This document shows, in pieces, positions 27,363-40,869 of a stretch of 64,000 nucleotides of DNA. Each line of letters starts with the position of its first letter. Position 1 is the stretch's first letter. Origin of the DNA: Camelus ferus (taxonomy: Eukaryota). The stretch lies in NCBI RefSeq assembly GCF_009834535.1, contig NC_045696.1:106332001-106396000 (forward strand), given 5' to 3'. Below the pieces are notes generated by a model, which was not told the origin of the DNA, ran no database searches, and saw nothing but the letters and a program-made list of their open reading frames with translations. Both the position numbers and the translations under genes were made by a program.

Positions 27363-28093
27363 TAGGGTGACCATCTGTGACTGGCAGCCTCGGAGATGGC
27401 CCCCAATGATCCCTATCTCCTGGTATTCAAGCCCTCTGCAATGACTCCCCTTGAGTAAAGACTGGGCTATAGTGACTTGATTCTAGCAAACAGAATGCAG
27501 AAGAGGTGATGAGATGTCATTGCAGAGCTCTGTCTCTGTCTCTCCCTCTTGGTGTCCATGTCTGTGTCTGTCTTGTCTATCTGTCCCTCCCTTTGTCAAA
27601 AGCCAGCAGCAATGTTGTAAGGTGCCCTATGGAGAGGCCCACATGGAATGGAACTGCAGAGGGGGGCCTGGCCAAAAGCCAGCAAAGAATTGAGACCCTC
27701 AGTCCAACAGCCCATATGGAACTAAATCCTGCCAAAAACCATGTGAGTGAGTTTGGAAATGGATTCTCCCTCAATTGAGCCTTCAGGTGAGAGGTGGCTC
27801 CTGCTGACACCCTGACTGCTACCTCACAAGAAAACTCTGGGACAGAGGCACTAGCTAAGCCACATCTGAATTCCTGACCTACAGAGACTGTGAGATAATA
27901 AATGATGTTTTGAGCAGCTAAGTTTGGGGGTAATTTGTTACATAACAATAAATAGACAATCAATAAACCTTCAAATTTATCATTCAAACCAGGATAATTT
28001 TAACACTGAAAGAGGGCACTATTAATTCCTGTCAAAGAATCACACATGTAAATGAAGAGTGTTGGAGACAAACTGGGCCATGTGCTCACCCTA
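27363..28093. mobile_element. hAT-Blackjack (MER94-like) element split by an MLT1-type MaLR LTR (about 27376-27960)
   Basis: Termini TAGGGTGACCA / TGCTCACCCTA; 8-bp TSD CCTTTTAT / CCTATTAT; internal sequence has an MLT1-like 3' end (GAGATAATAAA...CTAAGTTTGGGGGTAATTTGTTAC). Confidence 0.75.
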
Positions 28094-28479
28094 CCTATTA
28101 TTCCTCTTTAGTGGTACAAAAAAAAAAAAAAAAAAAAGAAAGTAAGAAAAGAAAAAAGAGAGAGAGAGAGAGAAAACTTAGTGACAGCTCAGAAGACTGG
28201 TCAGACATACTGAAAAGGCAAACTAGAACAGTCTCTAATTGCCCTTCTGAATAAACAACCCTTGACTGGGGTGAATTAAAACCCTGTCTTTTGAAAAAAA
28301 AATTATTTGGGAAAGGTTTTGAATGACAAATTACTAAGTTCCAGGCTTGCCACGAATGGGATTTAACTCAAAAATTAGGAGAAGTAAACGTGATCAACTG
28401 AAGTTTTGAAAACCTGAAGTGAAACAATAAGTATATTACATAACGAAGAGTGAGAGTTTAAGTATGACTAAGAAAACAC

Positions 28480-28658
28480 CACAAGGACCTACTGTGTAGC
28501 ACAGGGAACTATATTCAATTTCTTGTAATAAGCTATAATGGAAAAGAATCTGAAAAAAAAAATGTATGTATATGTACAACTGAATTGCTTTGCTATACAC
28601 CTGAAACTAACATTGTAAATCAACTACACTTCAATAAAAAATAAAATTAAAAAAAGAA
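28480..28658 (+). mobile_element. L1 3'-end fragment with A-tail (a short opposite-strand L1 3' end lies near 29490-29600)
   Basis: AAGGACCTACTGTGTAGCACAGGGAACTATATTCAA...ACACCTGAAACTAACATTGTAAATCAACTAC...AATAAA is a typical laurasiatherian L1 3' UTR. Confidence 0.8.
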
Positions 28659-31600
28659 AATGTCAAACTACTTTATTTATTTCATTAAAATCTTGTTCTA
28701 TGTATATTTTATTAAAATAGTATGTTCTTTATTTCTACCATACTCAGGCACTGTGCAGTAGAAAGAACAAATGATCTGGCATTTGAAAACAGGCTTGAAT
28801 CCTAGTTCTACCACTCTGCAGCTCTGCAACTTAGGGCAAAAATAAATAAAATTTTGAGACTATGTCTTCAAGTTTAAAGTGGTGATGCTGCCACATAGCT
28901 CAGAGTGTGGATCAAATGAGATAACATACAGGAAAAAAAACCTTGTAAACTGTAAATGAACCATATAAATACTGACTTCAGGAAAATTCTATTTTTGTAT
29001 TAAAAATATAATTGCCTTAACAAGCATACTAATGTTCTTCTTGGTTATTTATATTCACATTCATGGTTAAAGCCTAATTATTCAGATACCTTTCCTCACC
29101 TGACAGAAGCTTTTTCTCAGAGCAAGCTAAGTACTTAGCAAGAAGTAAATAGGCATTTGAGTGCTGAATTTAACAATCTAAATGTTCATTATTTGAGATT
29201 TTAAAAAACTCCTTAAAAATGTATTAAGTAATCACTTGTGCAGTTTTTATCATTAACTTCCATTGTAACTGTAGGTATTACCATGGACTAAGAGAATATA
29301 AAGTCACAGTTAAGAATACCAATATATAGTTCAAAGAGTAATCAACTTATAGAGTTCTCTTTCCCATACAACCTACCCAGAAAGGAAAGGTAGACAGAAT
29401 AAATATTTTTATAATATCTGACACTTGTTTAGTATATTATACTTTACAAAGCATTTTTTTTACATATCATAATACCTTTTTATAAACTTTTTTTAAATTT
29501 TTAAATTATAGTCAGTTTACAATGTGTCAATTTCTGGCATACAGCATAATATTTCAGTCATACATATACATACATATATTCATTTTCATATTATTTTTCT
29601 TAAGCATTTTCATATCTATTTTCTCATTTAATTCATGTGTTCTTTAGAAATTAAAATATTACAACTCTCAATAGTGAATTCTGACCCCTAAGAAATGACT
29701 GTTTAAATTAATGATTGCCAATCAAAATTTAATATGTCAATTATTCCGCAAACTACTAGGAACTTCAAGATAAAATTGTTCATTCTGTTGATCATTCGGC
29801 ACTGTCAGGAAAAATCTTGGTTTTGGGAAGAGATGAAAGAAACACAACCCTGAAAACAATGTTTGAGCTCTATAAACATTCAGTTTAAAACATATTTCAG
29901 GCTGAAATTCAACATATGACTATCTTTAATTTACTACGTATTATGCTGGGCGCTGGTAGTGAGAGATAAGACAGAGTCCCTTGCCCTCAAGGCAATTCAC
30001 AGCACCGAAAGGAAACAGATAGGTAAGTAAGTTACAGTTGTTACTTCTAACACAGGGTAAGTGTAACCATAAAAAGGGACACAAGATAAAAAGAAAGTTG
30101 AAGATACAATTAACTGAAATACTGAAGTTAGGGGTGGAATGAGAGGTGGTATCTAAGCAGCAAGGATGATTAATGAGAAAGACTAGAATTATTTTGCAAG
30201 GTGAAAAAGGGAGGAAAAGGGACAAGGACTCTAGGTAGAGAGCACAGCACATGCAATGTGATGTGTTTGAGAACTGCAATTACTATTATAGTGAGATAAT
30301 ATATACTTGGGAATACAAAAACAAAGTTGAAGTTATACTCCTTAATTCAGTCAGTCAACATTTAAACAGCTATGCAGGCACTGTTCTAGGTTATGAACAA
30401 AGAACTCTCCCACCCCCACCTTACAAAAGCACCCACTTTTGCAGAGCTTACATTTCAGATAGGGGAGAAAGCTAAAAATTAATAAACATAATAAATAAGT
30501 CATATAGAATATTAGAGGGCTATACATGCTATGGGGGAAAATGTTTAATAGCACATTTTATTTCCATCCCCTTACATTATACACTGCACAAGCTTGGGGG
30601 AGGGAGGAGCGCAGGAGAGAAAAGGAGTTATACTAACATACACACACCAGGCAGAGAACCCCATACTCTTAGCATCTCAGCAGTTCAAAACACGGACAGC
30701 ACTACTGCCTAAGATGCATTTTGTAAATCTATGGAAGTGACTTTGGCTGTCAAAGTGACAATAGTGATATCTAGTGGGCAAGGACTATGAATGCTAGATG
30801 TTCTAAAATGAGTGGCAATAGGCCCACATCCCAAAAGACTTTCCACTATGCAGTCATGTAGGAAAATAAAGTTTATTTTAATTATCTGAGCCTAGAATCA
30901 AACTCCATTTTACATACAAACACAAAATATGCTTTGTATCATTTTACTATACAGTTTTCCAAGAATGCTTGAAAAGGGTTGTACTTTGTCTTGTTAGGAA
31001 CTTTACCAAAAGCTGTTCATTTCAGAAAGTCACATCAAAAACAGTATCACTTATTATATTTAAGTAACCATACATCATACCTATATCAGTCTGTAGTGCA
31101 GCAGTCATATTCACAGCCAACCTTACCTCATCTGCAAATATATCACTATTTTATTACTTCTTTCCAGTATAGTAGTACCTAAGTATTTACTCATTTAAAT
31201 GATTTAAATTAGTTTCCTGTGCTTTCTCCCTTAATACAGATGGGGCATTATGCCAACCCTTAAAAGGTTACATGTGAGAAGAGTTATGGATTTCACTTTG
31301 GGAGAGCCAAGGAGGTGCTTTAAAATGTTTTAAGAAGGGGATATGGAGGCTGGTAGAGCAGGGAACCACTAACTGAAACAGCTTTTAACATTTCAGTTAA
31401 TTGGGAGCCCCAGAACCAACTGTCTATCCCAAAACGATATGAAGCCAAGATTTCATTTTCTTGACGCCTCTGAAACTCTCAGTCCAAACAAATGTCACTT
31501 TGACTATTTTCTCAAATGCCAAATAAGTGTACTGCTTAGATCAGTCACAAATTCACAATTATTCATCTTAAAGTCCAGAACACTTGATGTGTTTGTATGT

Positions 31601-34290
31601 GTCACTAAACAGATTAGGGCTACCACAATCTAGAACATCAAAAAATGATACTTTGAAACCAGTATTTTACTAAATTTACTAATGTCCTTAATTTCAAATC
31701 CTATGTCCCCCTCCTTTTTTCTGACCGTGTTCTGGTGCGATAAAGTCACAATATCTTAAATACTGCCTCATCGTTACTTGAAGAGTTCTGGTGACACAAT
31801 ATTTCTCTGCTAGAGAGTTAATTTCACTATTAAAACTAACTGCTAGAGAATTTTTTTTTCTTCTGATTTTGAGGGGAAAAAAATCTACCTCCTTCTGGAA
31901 CAATAAAAAAAAAAAGAATAATATCAACAAAGACTGACCTTTTCTCTGCAGATGGCTATCATGTCCTCCCTGTGTATTAAAAAATTCCCACTTGCCTCCA
32001 AAAGGAGAAAAATAGAAGAAAATGTTCAAGTAACCCCCCAATTTTGTGGATATTTTGGGTTTTCTTTTCTTTCACTTTCTTTGTACTCTGGTAAACTTCT
32101 GGCACCATTAGGACCCAATCAGATTCTCAATCAATTTTTTTCAGATTCATCACATAGTATTTTTGAAACTATTTTTATCCTTAAATTTTCTATTATGAGA
32201 TTCATTCTTGGGTGATAATAGAGGTTTAACGCATCCTTTCTCCCCATATTAACCAAAGCCCTGCTTTTGTGCAGCCTCTAGCAACTTAGGGAAGTTTATA
32301 AAATGGTACTTCAGTTTGGCTGGGTCCAATTAGTGTAGATTGTAACAGACTTGTGACAACTGAAATTCCCAGAATATAATCTGCTTCAAACTCATAAACA
32401 CAATCATGAAAATACTTAATCTACTTGGATAAGAGGTAGCCCTCACCTCTCAATAAGTAATTAAGACTGAAAAGCAGATTTTACATGTTAAGAGAATTTA
32501 TTTTAAAATAAATAGCAAATAAATCAGTGCTTATAAATTTTGAAAATAAAATCCTAAAATGTAAGGCTATCCACACAAATTTTTTTTAATTAGGTGTTTA
32601 GAAATCTGACTGACATATATAATAGCACATGACAGTGGACAAGTGTGTCTCTCTGGTTCTCAGTTATCCCCAATAAAAAAAGAGACAAGGATGAACTAAA
32701 GATTATCTGCAGATTTCTTTCAGGCAAAGATTCTATAATTTTACTCACACAAAGGATTTTTTTTTCATAACAGGAAAACCAGAGCATAGTTAGATTAAAA
32801 AGGATATGAAGAGCAGCCTTTACTTTTTCTGTAGTGAGTTTTTAATGTAATAAAATATGATTATAGCCTCCGTATACTGTATCAACATGCTATAAACATG
32901 CTTTGGTGGTCTCAGAACTGGAAACAATTTATCATTCATGCTTCTTTCTAATCAGGCACCACAATGTTTATCCTTTTAAAGTATGGTACAAATCACAAAG
33001 AGCTATTTGGGTCTAGATGATTATTAAAGTTCCTTCTCACTATTAAATTCTACTCATGTTACTCTTCAACGTAGACAAGAATGTCCAAAGACCGAGGGCC
33101 AAGAAGAGATCTCTCTAAATAGAGTAAATGAACTATGTAAGAAGGATTTACGGTGCAAAACAGTAGAATCTGAAAGTCCAAGGGAGCAAGAACCATCTCT
33201 GGGGCACTGGAATGACAAGGGTTTTGAGGAGTTGTATAAAGATTGAGATATTCACTCAGGTTGGCAAAGTTCATTTAGATGTCTTCGAAGATGATAAGAC
33301 AGCCCAGGAAATCCACTAGGATGCATTCAAATGCCTACTTTTCAATCCTGGCATAACAAAGAGTGAAGCTATTCAGACACGGGTGTGGTGTTGTCCTAGA
33401 CCGTAAGAACAGTCTAAATTACTCTTCAAAATTGCAGTAATGTAATGACTTAGAGATCTGGGGTACCATCTTTCATAGTACACCTCAGAGGTGGTATTGA
33501 CCAGACAGGCTAGCTGCCTCCTAGTGGAAAAAAAAAGAAAGGAAGAAAGAAAGAAAAAAAGGCCTCATTTGCTTCAGATTCTTTGAGGCAGTAAACGCCC
33601 TTGCCTCGGAGCTATCCATGGTGCTTGACTCATACTCAGCCCCGTCACTTCAGCAATTGATACATTAGCTTTTAGATCATAGTACCACTCAGGATCTGTC
33701 TGACCCATCATCCATCTTGTGGGCTGTGACTATTATGCCAATATCATGGGCCACTTATAATTTCTGTCTATTCCACTTTGTCTGTGCTGGACCACAAGTG
33801 CCTTACTTTGTCTTAGCTTGGATCTCACACCCAGTTCTGCCTCCCAAGCCTGCTACACCATCTGCTACACAAAGCCCTTTCTATAGATATAATGCACCTT
33901 GCAGAAAATCACTGGTATACACTAGGCAAAAGATTAAGGTTCTTTATAGAGTCAAGTCCCCCACGTAATACCTTACATGAGTTTTAAAATCTTGTTACAA
34001 TTTTTACCATTCCAAAATGATTTTAAATGACTTTTAAATTTTGCTATATGTTTTTGTGACTGATTTTGGGATGAATAAAGATTAGGAACTGTTAACTCAA
34101 GATTTATGTGTGAATTTCAGGGAAACCATGAACCCCCTGGAATGATGTGATTCTTTAGGCAGATACATATTCTTCTGGGGAAGATGGTGGTGAGCCTCTT
34201 ACCATTAAAAGGTTAAGAACCACTGATCAATATGCTGAAGACTTCCAATAATAATCACCTCCCTAGGTTTAAACACTAAATCTGTATATC

Positions 34291-35029
34291 TGTTGTTTAG
34301 TAAATATATTTGGTCTTTGTCCCAGTTCCTGGCACAGAACTCTTAAAGCCCTTGAAATTTCCTGGGTGATATGAGCGTCTTTCCTTATTCATAAGAAGCA
34401 CCTTTTGAGCATATCTGAGTTTATGCTAATAAATGATTAGGCTAGGGCCCCTAGAAAACCTCAAGATGGGACTGGTTACAGGAAAGACCAAGTGATCAGA
34501 GGGCTGGAACTTTCAGTCAGTGGAAGAGTGGGGAGGCTGGAGATTAAAGCTCTATAAAAAATCCTGGATAAAATATGATGAGCTTCCAGGTCGGTGAATG
34601 GATCCATATACCAAGAGGGTGACGCACAAGGACCAGTTCCGTAGGGACAGAAGTTCCTGCACCTGGGATCTGCATCTTGCCTTATGTACCTCTTCACCTG
34701 GCTGTTCATCTGTATTCTTTATAATAAAATGGTAAACATAAGTAAATGTTTTGCGGAGCTTTGTGAACTATTCTAACAAATGATTGAATCTGAGGAGAGA
34801 GTTGTGGGAACCCCTGATTTATAACTGGTCGGTTAGAGAACAGGAGAACAAGCTGGACTTACAACTGGTGTCTGAAGTGGGGGCACTCTTGTAGGACTGA
34901 GTCCTTAACCTGTGGGATCCGATACTATCTTCAAGTGGATAGTGTCAGAATTGAGTTAGATTGTAGGTCACCCAGCTTGTGTCCACAGAGAATTGGAAAA
35001 TTGCTTGGTGGTGCAGAAAATATTCCAGA
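34291..35029 (+). mobile_element. MER21-like solo LTR
   Basis: Starts TGT; MER21-like body (GTTCCTGGCACAGAACTC...GTGGGAACCCCTGATTTATA); AATAAA near 34722; 5-bp TSD ATATC at 34286-34290 and 35030-35034. Confidence 0.75.
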
Positions 35030-36398
35030 ATATCCAACTGTCTACTGGACACTTGTAAATGGATTTCCAGAAAACACATCAAACTCAGCATGCCCAAAAT
35101 GAAACTCATTTTTCCTCCTTACTCCTCTAATGTGTTCCTCTCCTAATCCTCGCCCTCTTGGTAGAGGACACCCCCTAGCTATAAAGGTACAATCTTGTCC
35201 ACCTTGCTTGATCATGACTTATAACTCTTTCCTTTTCCTCATTTCCCTTATCCAATCAGTCACAACTTACAAGTTTTTGAAAGCTTAATAAATAATTAAA
35301 ACACTCCTGAAGCAAAAGAATCACGTGTTCTGTAATCATTTTGCAAGTAGTAAAGACCTCCAAATAGTAATAGAAGGTGGAAACTCTTCCCACCAGACCA
35401 CAACTTTTCATTTTTAATAGAAAGCATAACACTGACTCATCATTCCCCTTCCCCCAATAACTGTATTATGAATATACTGGAGAATGTAGAGAACTCTTTT
35501 ATTCTTCTGAGTTTATGACATAAGTCAAAGTGACAAGTAGGGACTGTTTCTGCAAAACAGCTCTCATTTGGAATACTTTTCATTCCTGTCTAAACAGTGC
35601 TAAGGATCGCAGCATTACTGCTCAGGGAGGGCAGCTATTCTCCCATTTTCAGAAGGTAACAGGAATCTTCCTTTGTCAATAATCCCGTATCTTTACCTAA
35701 AAGCCAACATGACAGATGGCACTGCAAAACAACTGCCAAATCAGAAATAAAAAAGATACAAATCAAAATAACTGAAATTCCTGGGTCCTGGCACTATTTT
35801 AAAATTCTTAATGAGAATGGGAGATGAGAGGGCTAGATCTCCAAGTGAAATTGAAAGACCCTACCTGAAGGTGTTCTAATTCTTGGTAAAGCTTAAAACA
35901 CTTCTTGAGCATTCACTGTCTGAATTCAGGTGGCAGTCTTTCCTTAAAAAGAGCAAGATGTCCAGAAATGTACAATGGGCACCTCCCATTTTTCACACAT
36001 TGCCATTAAAGATTAGAACATTCATTGTTATTAATTTCTTTTAGGACCACCTCCTGTTATACTCTGTGCTTATTGGTGCTCTGTAGAGTAAACAAACGGG
36101 AAACTCTAAAATGTGCTTAGGAAGATTTTACTTTGCATTTAATACCCAACAGAGGCCAAATTCATGCTTATAGAACAGCTGGGTTTAACCTCACAAAAAA
36201 TTTTTTTTAAACTCTTATCAGTTGTCTATGTAAGAGAGCAAGTCACTATGCAGCTTAAGACCAATAAATACTTATAATCACCAAGAACAGAACAAAATCA
36301 AGGAATATCCAGACTTGGAATACCCTATACAGTTCTAATAGCTGCTTGTCAAAAAGACATACCAGCACAGAGAAAAGAATGTAAAGAAGGCCTTAGCT

Positions 36399-36544
36399 GA
36401 GAGGGGGGGTATAGCTCAGTGGTAGAGTACATGCTTGGCATGCACAAGGTCCTGAGTTCAATCCCCAGAACCTCCATTACAATAACTTTCTAAATAAATA
36501 AACCTAATTACCCGCCCCCCAAAGATACAGTTAAAAAAAAAAAA
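36399..36544 (+). mobile_element. tRNA-derived SINE (vic-1-like)
   Basis: Head plus AAATAAACCTAATTACC tail and poly(A); TSD GCCTTAGCT at 36390-36398 and 36545-36553. Confidence 0.92.
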
Positions 36545-36642
36545 GCCTTAGCTCTCTGTGCCAGCCTACAGTATGATTCAAAGGCATTTTATTATCTTGC
36601 CTCACTCAAATCATTACAAAGTGACCAAAGTAAAGTGTAATC

Positions 36643-37988
36643 CTCCTCTTAACAGGGTCTTTCAAAAAGCATAATTTTCATTTTGATTAAGTCCAGTTAC
36701 CAATCTTTTAAGAAATACATCATGCATTTGGTATTGAGTCTGAGAATTCTTCATTAAGCCCAAGGTTCTGCAGATTTTCTGTTTATTCTAAAAGTTTAAT
36801 TTTATACTTTACAAGTTAAATTTATGATCCATTTTGAATTAATTTTTATACAGTGTGAAGTTGAGATCAAAGTTCATTTTTTACCCTATGTTTAAGAGGA
36901 TGAAAAGATAAGCTACAGACCAGGAGAAAATATTTGCAAAGCACCTATTTGACCAAGGACTCATATCTAGAATATATAAAGAGCTTTCAAAACTCAACAG
37001 TCAAAAAACAAAGTCCAATTAGAAAGTGGGCAAAAGGACATGAAAAAGTATTTCACTAAAATATTTTATTCATATTTCAATAATATATGGATGACAAATA
37101 AGTAATAAAAATGTTTCTATCATTACTAATCATTATAGAAATGCAAATTAAGACCATGATGACATCACTATAAATCTATCAGAACAGCTAAAATAAAAAA
37201 TAACAACATACTAAATGCCAAAGAGAGTGCAGAGAAACTGGATCTCTCACACATGACTGGTGGGAATGTAAAATGATACAGCCACCACGCTGGAAAAGTG
37301 TCAGTTTCTGTAAGAATTAAATATACATTTACCATACAACCTAGAAATTATACTCCTGGGCATTTTTTTCAGAAACACAAAAAGTTATGTCCACACAAAA
37401 ACCTGTAAATGTTTGTTCATGTAAGGTTATAACAGCCAAAAACTGGAAACAACCAAAATTTCTAATAGGTGAACAGTTAAACTATTTTTTAAACATTCAT
37501 ATTAAACATCCATACCATGGAATACTAATCAGCAGTAAAAAGGAACAAACTATCGATACACACAACAGCTTGGCTGGCTCTCCAGGGCGCTATGCTGAGT
37601 AACAAAAGCCAATCTCAAAAGGCCACACACTGTATGACTCCATTAATGTAACATTATGGAAAATGACAATTATAGAGATGGATATAGTTGATTAGTTGTC
37701 ACCAGGGGTTAGAAATATTGGGGTTGGGGGAGTAGGCAGGTGTGACTATAAAGAAGTAGCATGAGGGAGATCATGACTGTAGTGTTACACAAATATACAC
37801 ACGATAAAATGACACAGAACTGTACACATATTTATACCAATATCAATCTTCTGGTTTTGATACTGCACTATAGTTACATAAAATGTGACCAATGGGAAAC
37901 TGGGTGCAGTATACACAGGGATCTCTCTGTACTATCTTTGCAACTTCTTGTGAATCTGTAATTATCTTAAAATAAAAAGTTAAAAAAA
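36643..37988 (+). mobile_element. L1 (L1M-type) insertion with an inverted 5' segment
   Basis: 36643-36889 is antisense L1 ORF2; 36890-37988 is sense ORF2 end, 3' UTR, AATAAA and A-tail. Confidence 0.85.
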
Positions 37989-40869
37989 TGCAATCAATGT
38001 AAAATCACCCAGAAGTCTGGGAAACATGGGAAAAGTTATAAATTTATTGAAAAGGGTGATGTTGTAATGCTAAACGCAAACCAAAGAAGGCTGGAGGTGA
38101 TCATGATGCAGCCTAAAAAGGCACCTAGAGGTTTTTGTCCAACTCCTCTAAATAGATAGTTCAATTGAATACTTACTGAGAACCTAGCATATGCAGGACA
38201 TAGTGCTATATATAGTAGTGGGATTAAGAAGAAAAGGTCAAGCACTTACCTCTGAATTAATTTACTAAGACATAATAGAATAACTATCAAAAGCCTCAGG
38301 GCCTCTGCAAAAGCAGTTCCCTTTGTCTGGAATGCTCTTCTATTTTTCTAGTTGGTTCATACTCATCCTTGAACTCAGCTCATGTCAATTCCTGAAGGAA
38401 ACTCTCCATAGCTCTCCTCATTGCCCTCCATATTAGACCATGTTCCCCTATTACATGCTTATACTGCACCCTATATTTTTCATTCATAACACTAATCACC
38501 ATTCACAAAGAAATGTGTGACAATTTGATATCTATTTCCCTCATTAAGTTTAAATTTCCAAAAGGGCAGAGACAGTCTATGAAGCTCACCACCATATTCC
38601 CAAACCCAACACCATGCTTGGTAAATGACAGAAGCTGAAGATATGTTACGTGAGTAAACCCATACAATCCTATAATTCATATGTGCAAACAAGCAGGCAG
38701 ACATTAAGAGTTACTGGGGTTTGGAAGAACCCAACATCACTTCAACTTGAGAAAGCCAGTTTATATGAGACAGAAGGTTTATGCAGAGGGTAATGACTCT
38801 TATATCCAAAGCTGAATATGAACATCAGCCTTTCAGCAACAGGAACTCACTGTAGAAAGGGCGAAGTAGTGTGTCCAATGTGTTCTATAGTAAACTTTAT
38901 GTGGAGAATGGATTTCAACTGAGATAAGTAACCAGAGGCAGTAAAAATAATTGCAAGGACACTGTAGTAATGCAGGCAGAAAATGATAAGGTCTGAATGA
39001 AAGGGTGGCCATGGGAACAGAAAGATGTGAGAAATCTAAGAATGAAGAGCCAGTAGAATTTAAGCATGGATTAAATATAGGGGTGTGAAAGGAGGAAGAT
39101 GATTCAAGCAGTTTAACAGTGGGTGATCTGTGAAAGCCAGTACCATTAACAGAAGTGGGAAGTCATGACTAAGTTCTCTTAGAAAAAGGAATGTGCTTTG
39201 TTGGAAGTAATGGGTAATGTCCATGCAACTGAAGACGTGAGACTGGATGGAGAACAGCCAAGGCTGACAATGTAGTTGTGTGATTTGATTACAGTTAAAG
39301 TTACAAGAACGAATGAGATCTCTCAGAGGGGAGAAGGTATAATGGGCTTTGAATGCAAATCCTTCAAAACCATTCGATTTACCCCTTATTTGAATTATGT
39401 TTATCAAACGATGGAGTCACTCAGACTGTGAGCTCCCTGAGGGCATGCATATCTGATCTCATCCATGCATTCCCAAATATATATTACAAGGTGTTGTACA
39501 CAACAGCTACACAATAAGTAGCCTATTAAAGGAATCATTAATTTCCAATATAACTTCTGATTATTAATTCCTATTCCATTTGCACTTTGTATTGCAAAAA
39601 ATTGGAGCCCTACGTAGTACTTTGAAAGCTATAGGCTTCACTTCAAATTATTATAATCAATGAGTTTAGACAGTTTAAATCATTTATCCAAAGCTTTGTT
39701 TTCCCCAAGGTTCTAGAACTGAAGAACTGAAAGACCAGAGTTTGGCGCTGTGAAAACCTTAAAAAAAAAAAAAAAAAAAGGCCTCAGTGAGGCTAGGGCT
39801 AAAGCAAATGCCCACCAGAAGTAGGGAATATCCTTCAAGAAGTTTTTGAGTAAAGTTAAGCAGGAAATATTATATACTGAGGGAGTGAAACAAATGAAAA
39901 ATTTCAATTGTACACTACACAAGCTGACAATGCGCAAAGAAGCTTCAAGTGAAATGGAGGATAAAAGAGATAATTAAAGGGAACTGAGAATAGTCAAGAT
40001 GCATACTTAAAAAAAAAATAATTAAGGAAAAGTCATTGGCCTGCTCTCCCAGAAAACATTCCTAGGTGTTAGTCAGAGATGGAATAATTGAATCTAATTC
40101 ATTGCTTAAGTAAATAGTATTTTTCCCCAGCTGCAGTTTAAAAATAAGAAAAAGAACTGCTAAAATGTATAGGAGGACAAATTTGTGGACAACCCCTCCC
40201 CTACAAATAAATTATCAAGGTGGTGCATGCCACAATGCTCTAACCGTGGAATCACCGCAAATGTCCTGAGTGTTTCCAGATAGGTGAGTGTGTTTGTGGG
40301 AGGTCAGGCAAGAGAAAGGGAACCAACTGGAGTTACAGTCTCTAAGAACCTGACAAGTCATCTATAGGCCAACCACCCTCTTAACGTAAGACTGACTGAC
40401 TTGCACAAGTCTAAAAAGATGGTCAACCAGTCTTTGCCTACTTGTTTCCAACAAAAGCAAAAGGACCATTGGTAAACTGACCGTTCTCAGAGTTGGACAA
40501 CCCCAATTTGTTGCAAAACCCTTCTAAGTTATCTCCCAGTAACTTTCACCCGGGTCCTGGTTCTCTCAAGAGTAACATAGCGAAAGGTGGACGTCATGTT
40601 TTAAGTTTTAAACGTAGACAAGCAAGCAAACTAGGTATTACTCCCTGGCGTGTCAGTGCGTTCCCTTCTTCCAGTTGTACGAAAATAAGACCTCTCCCTC
40701 TTTTCAACGTCCGACTCTCCTTGAAGGAAAAAGGAATGTCAGGCACCGGTTCCTTTAGACTCAAACCTGCGACCTCCAGAGCAGAGCAACGGGGCTTAAA
40801 TAATTACAGACACTAGGAGACGTTGCAGCTGATATGAAATCCCCGTTGCCAAGAAGCAAGCAGCTCTGG

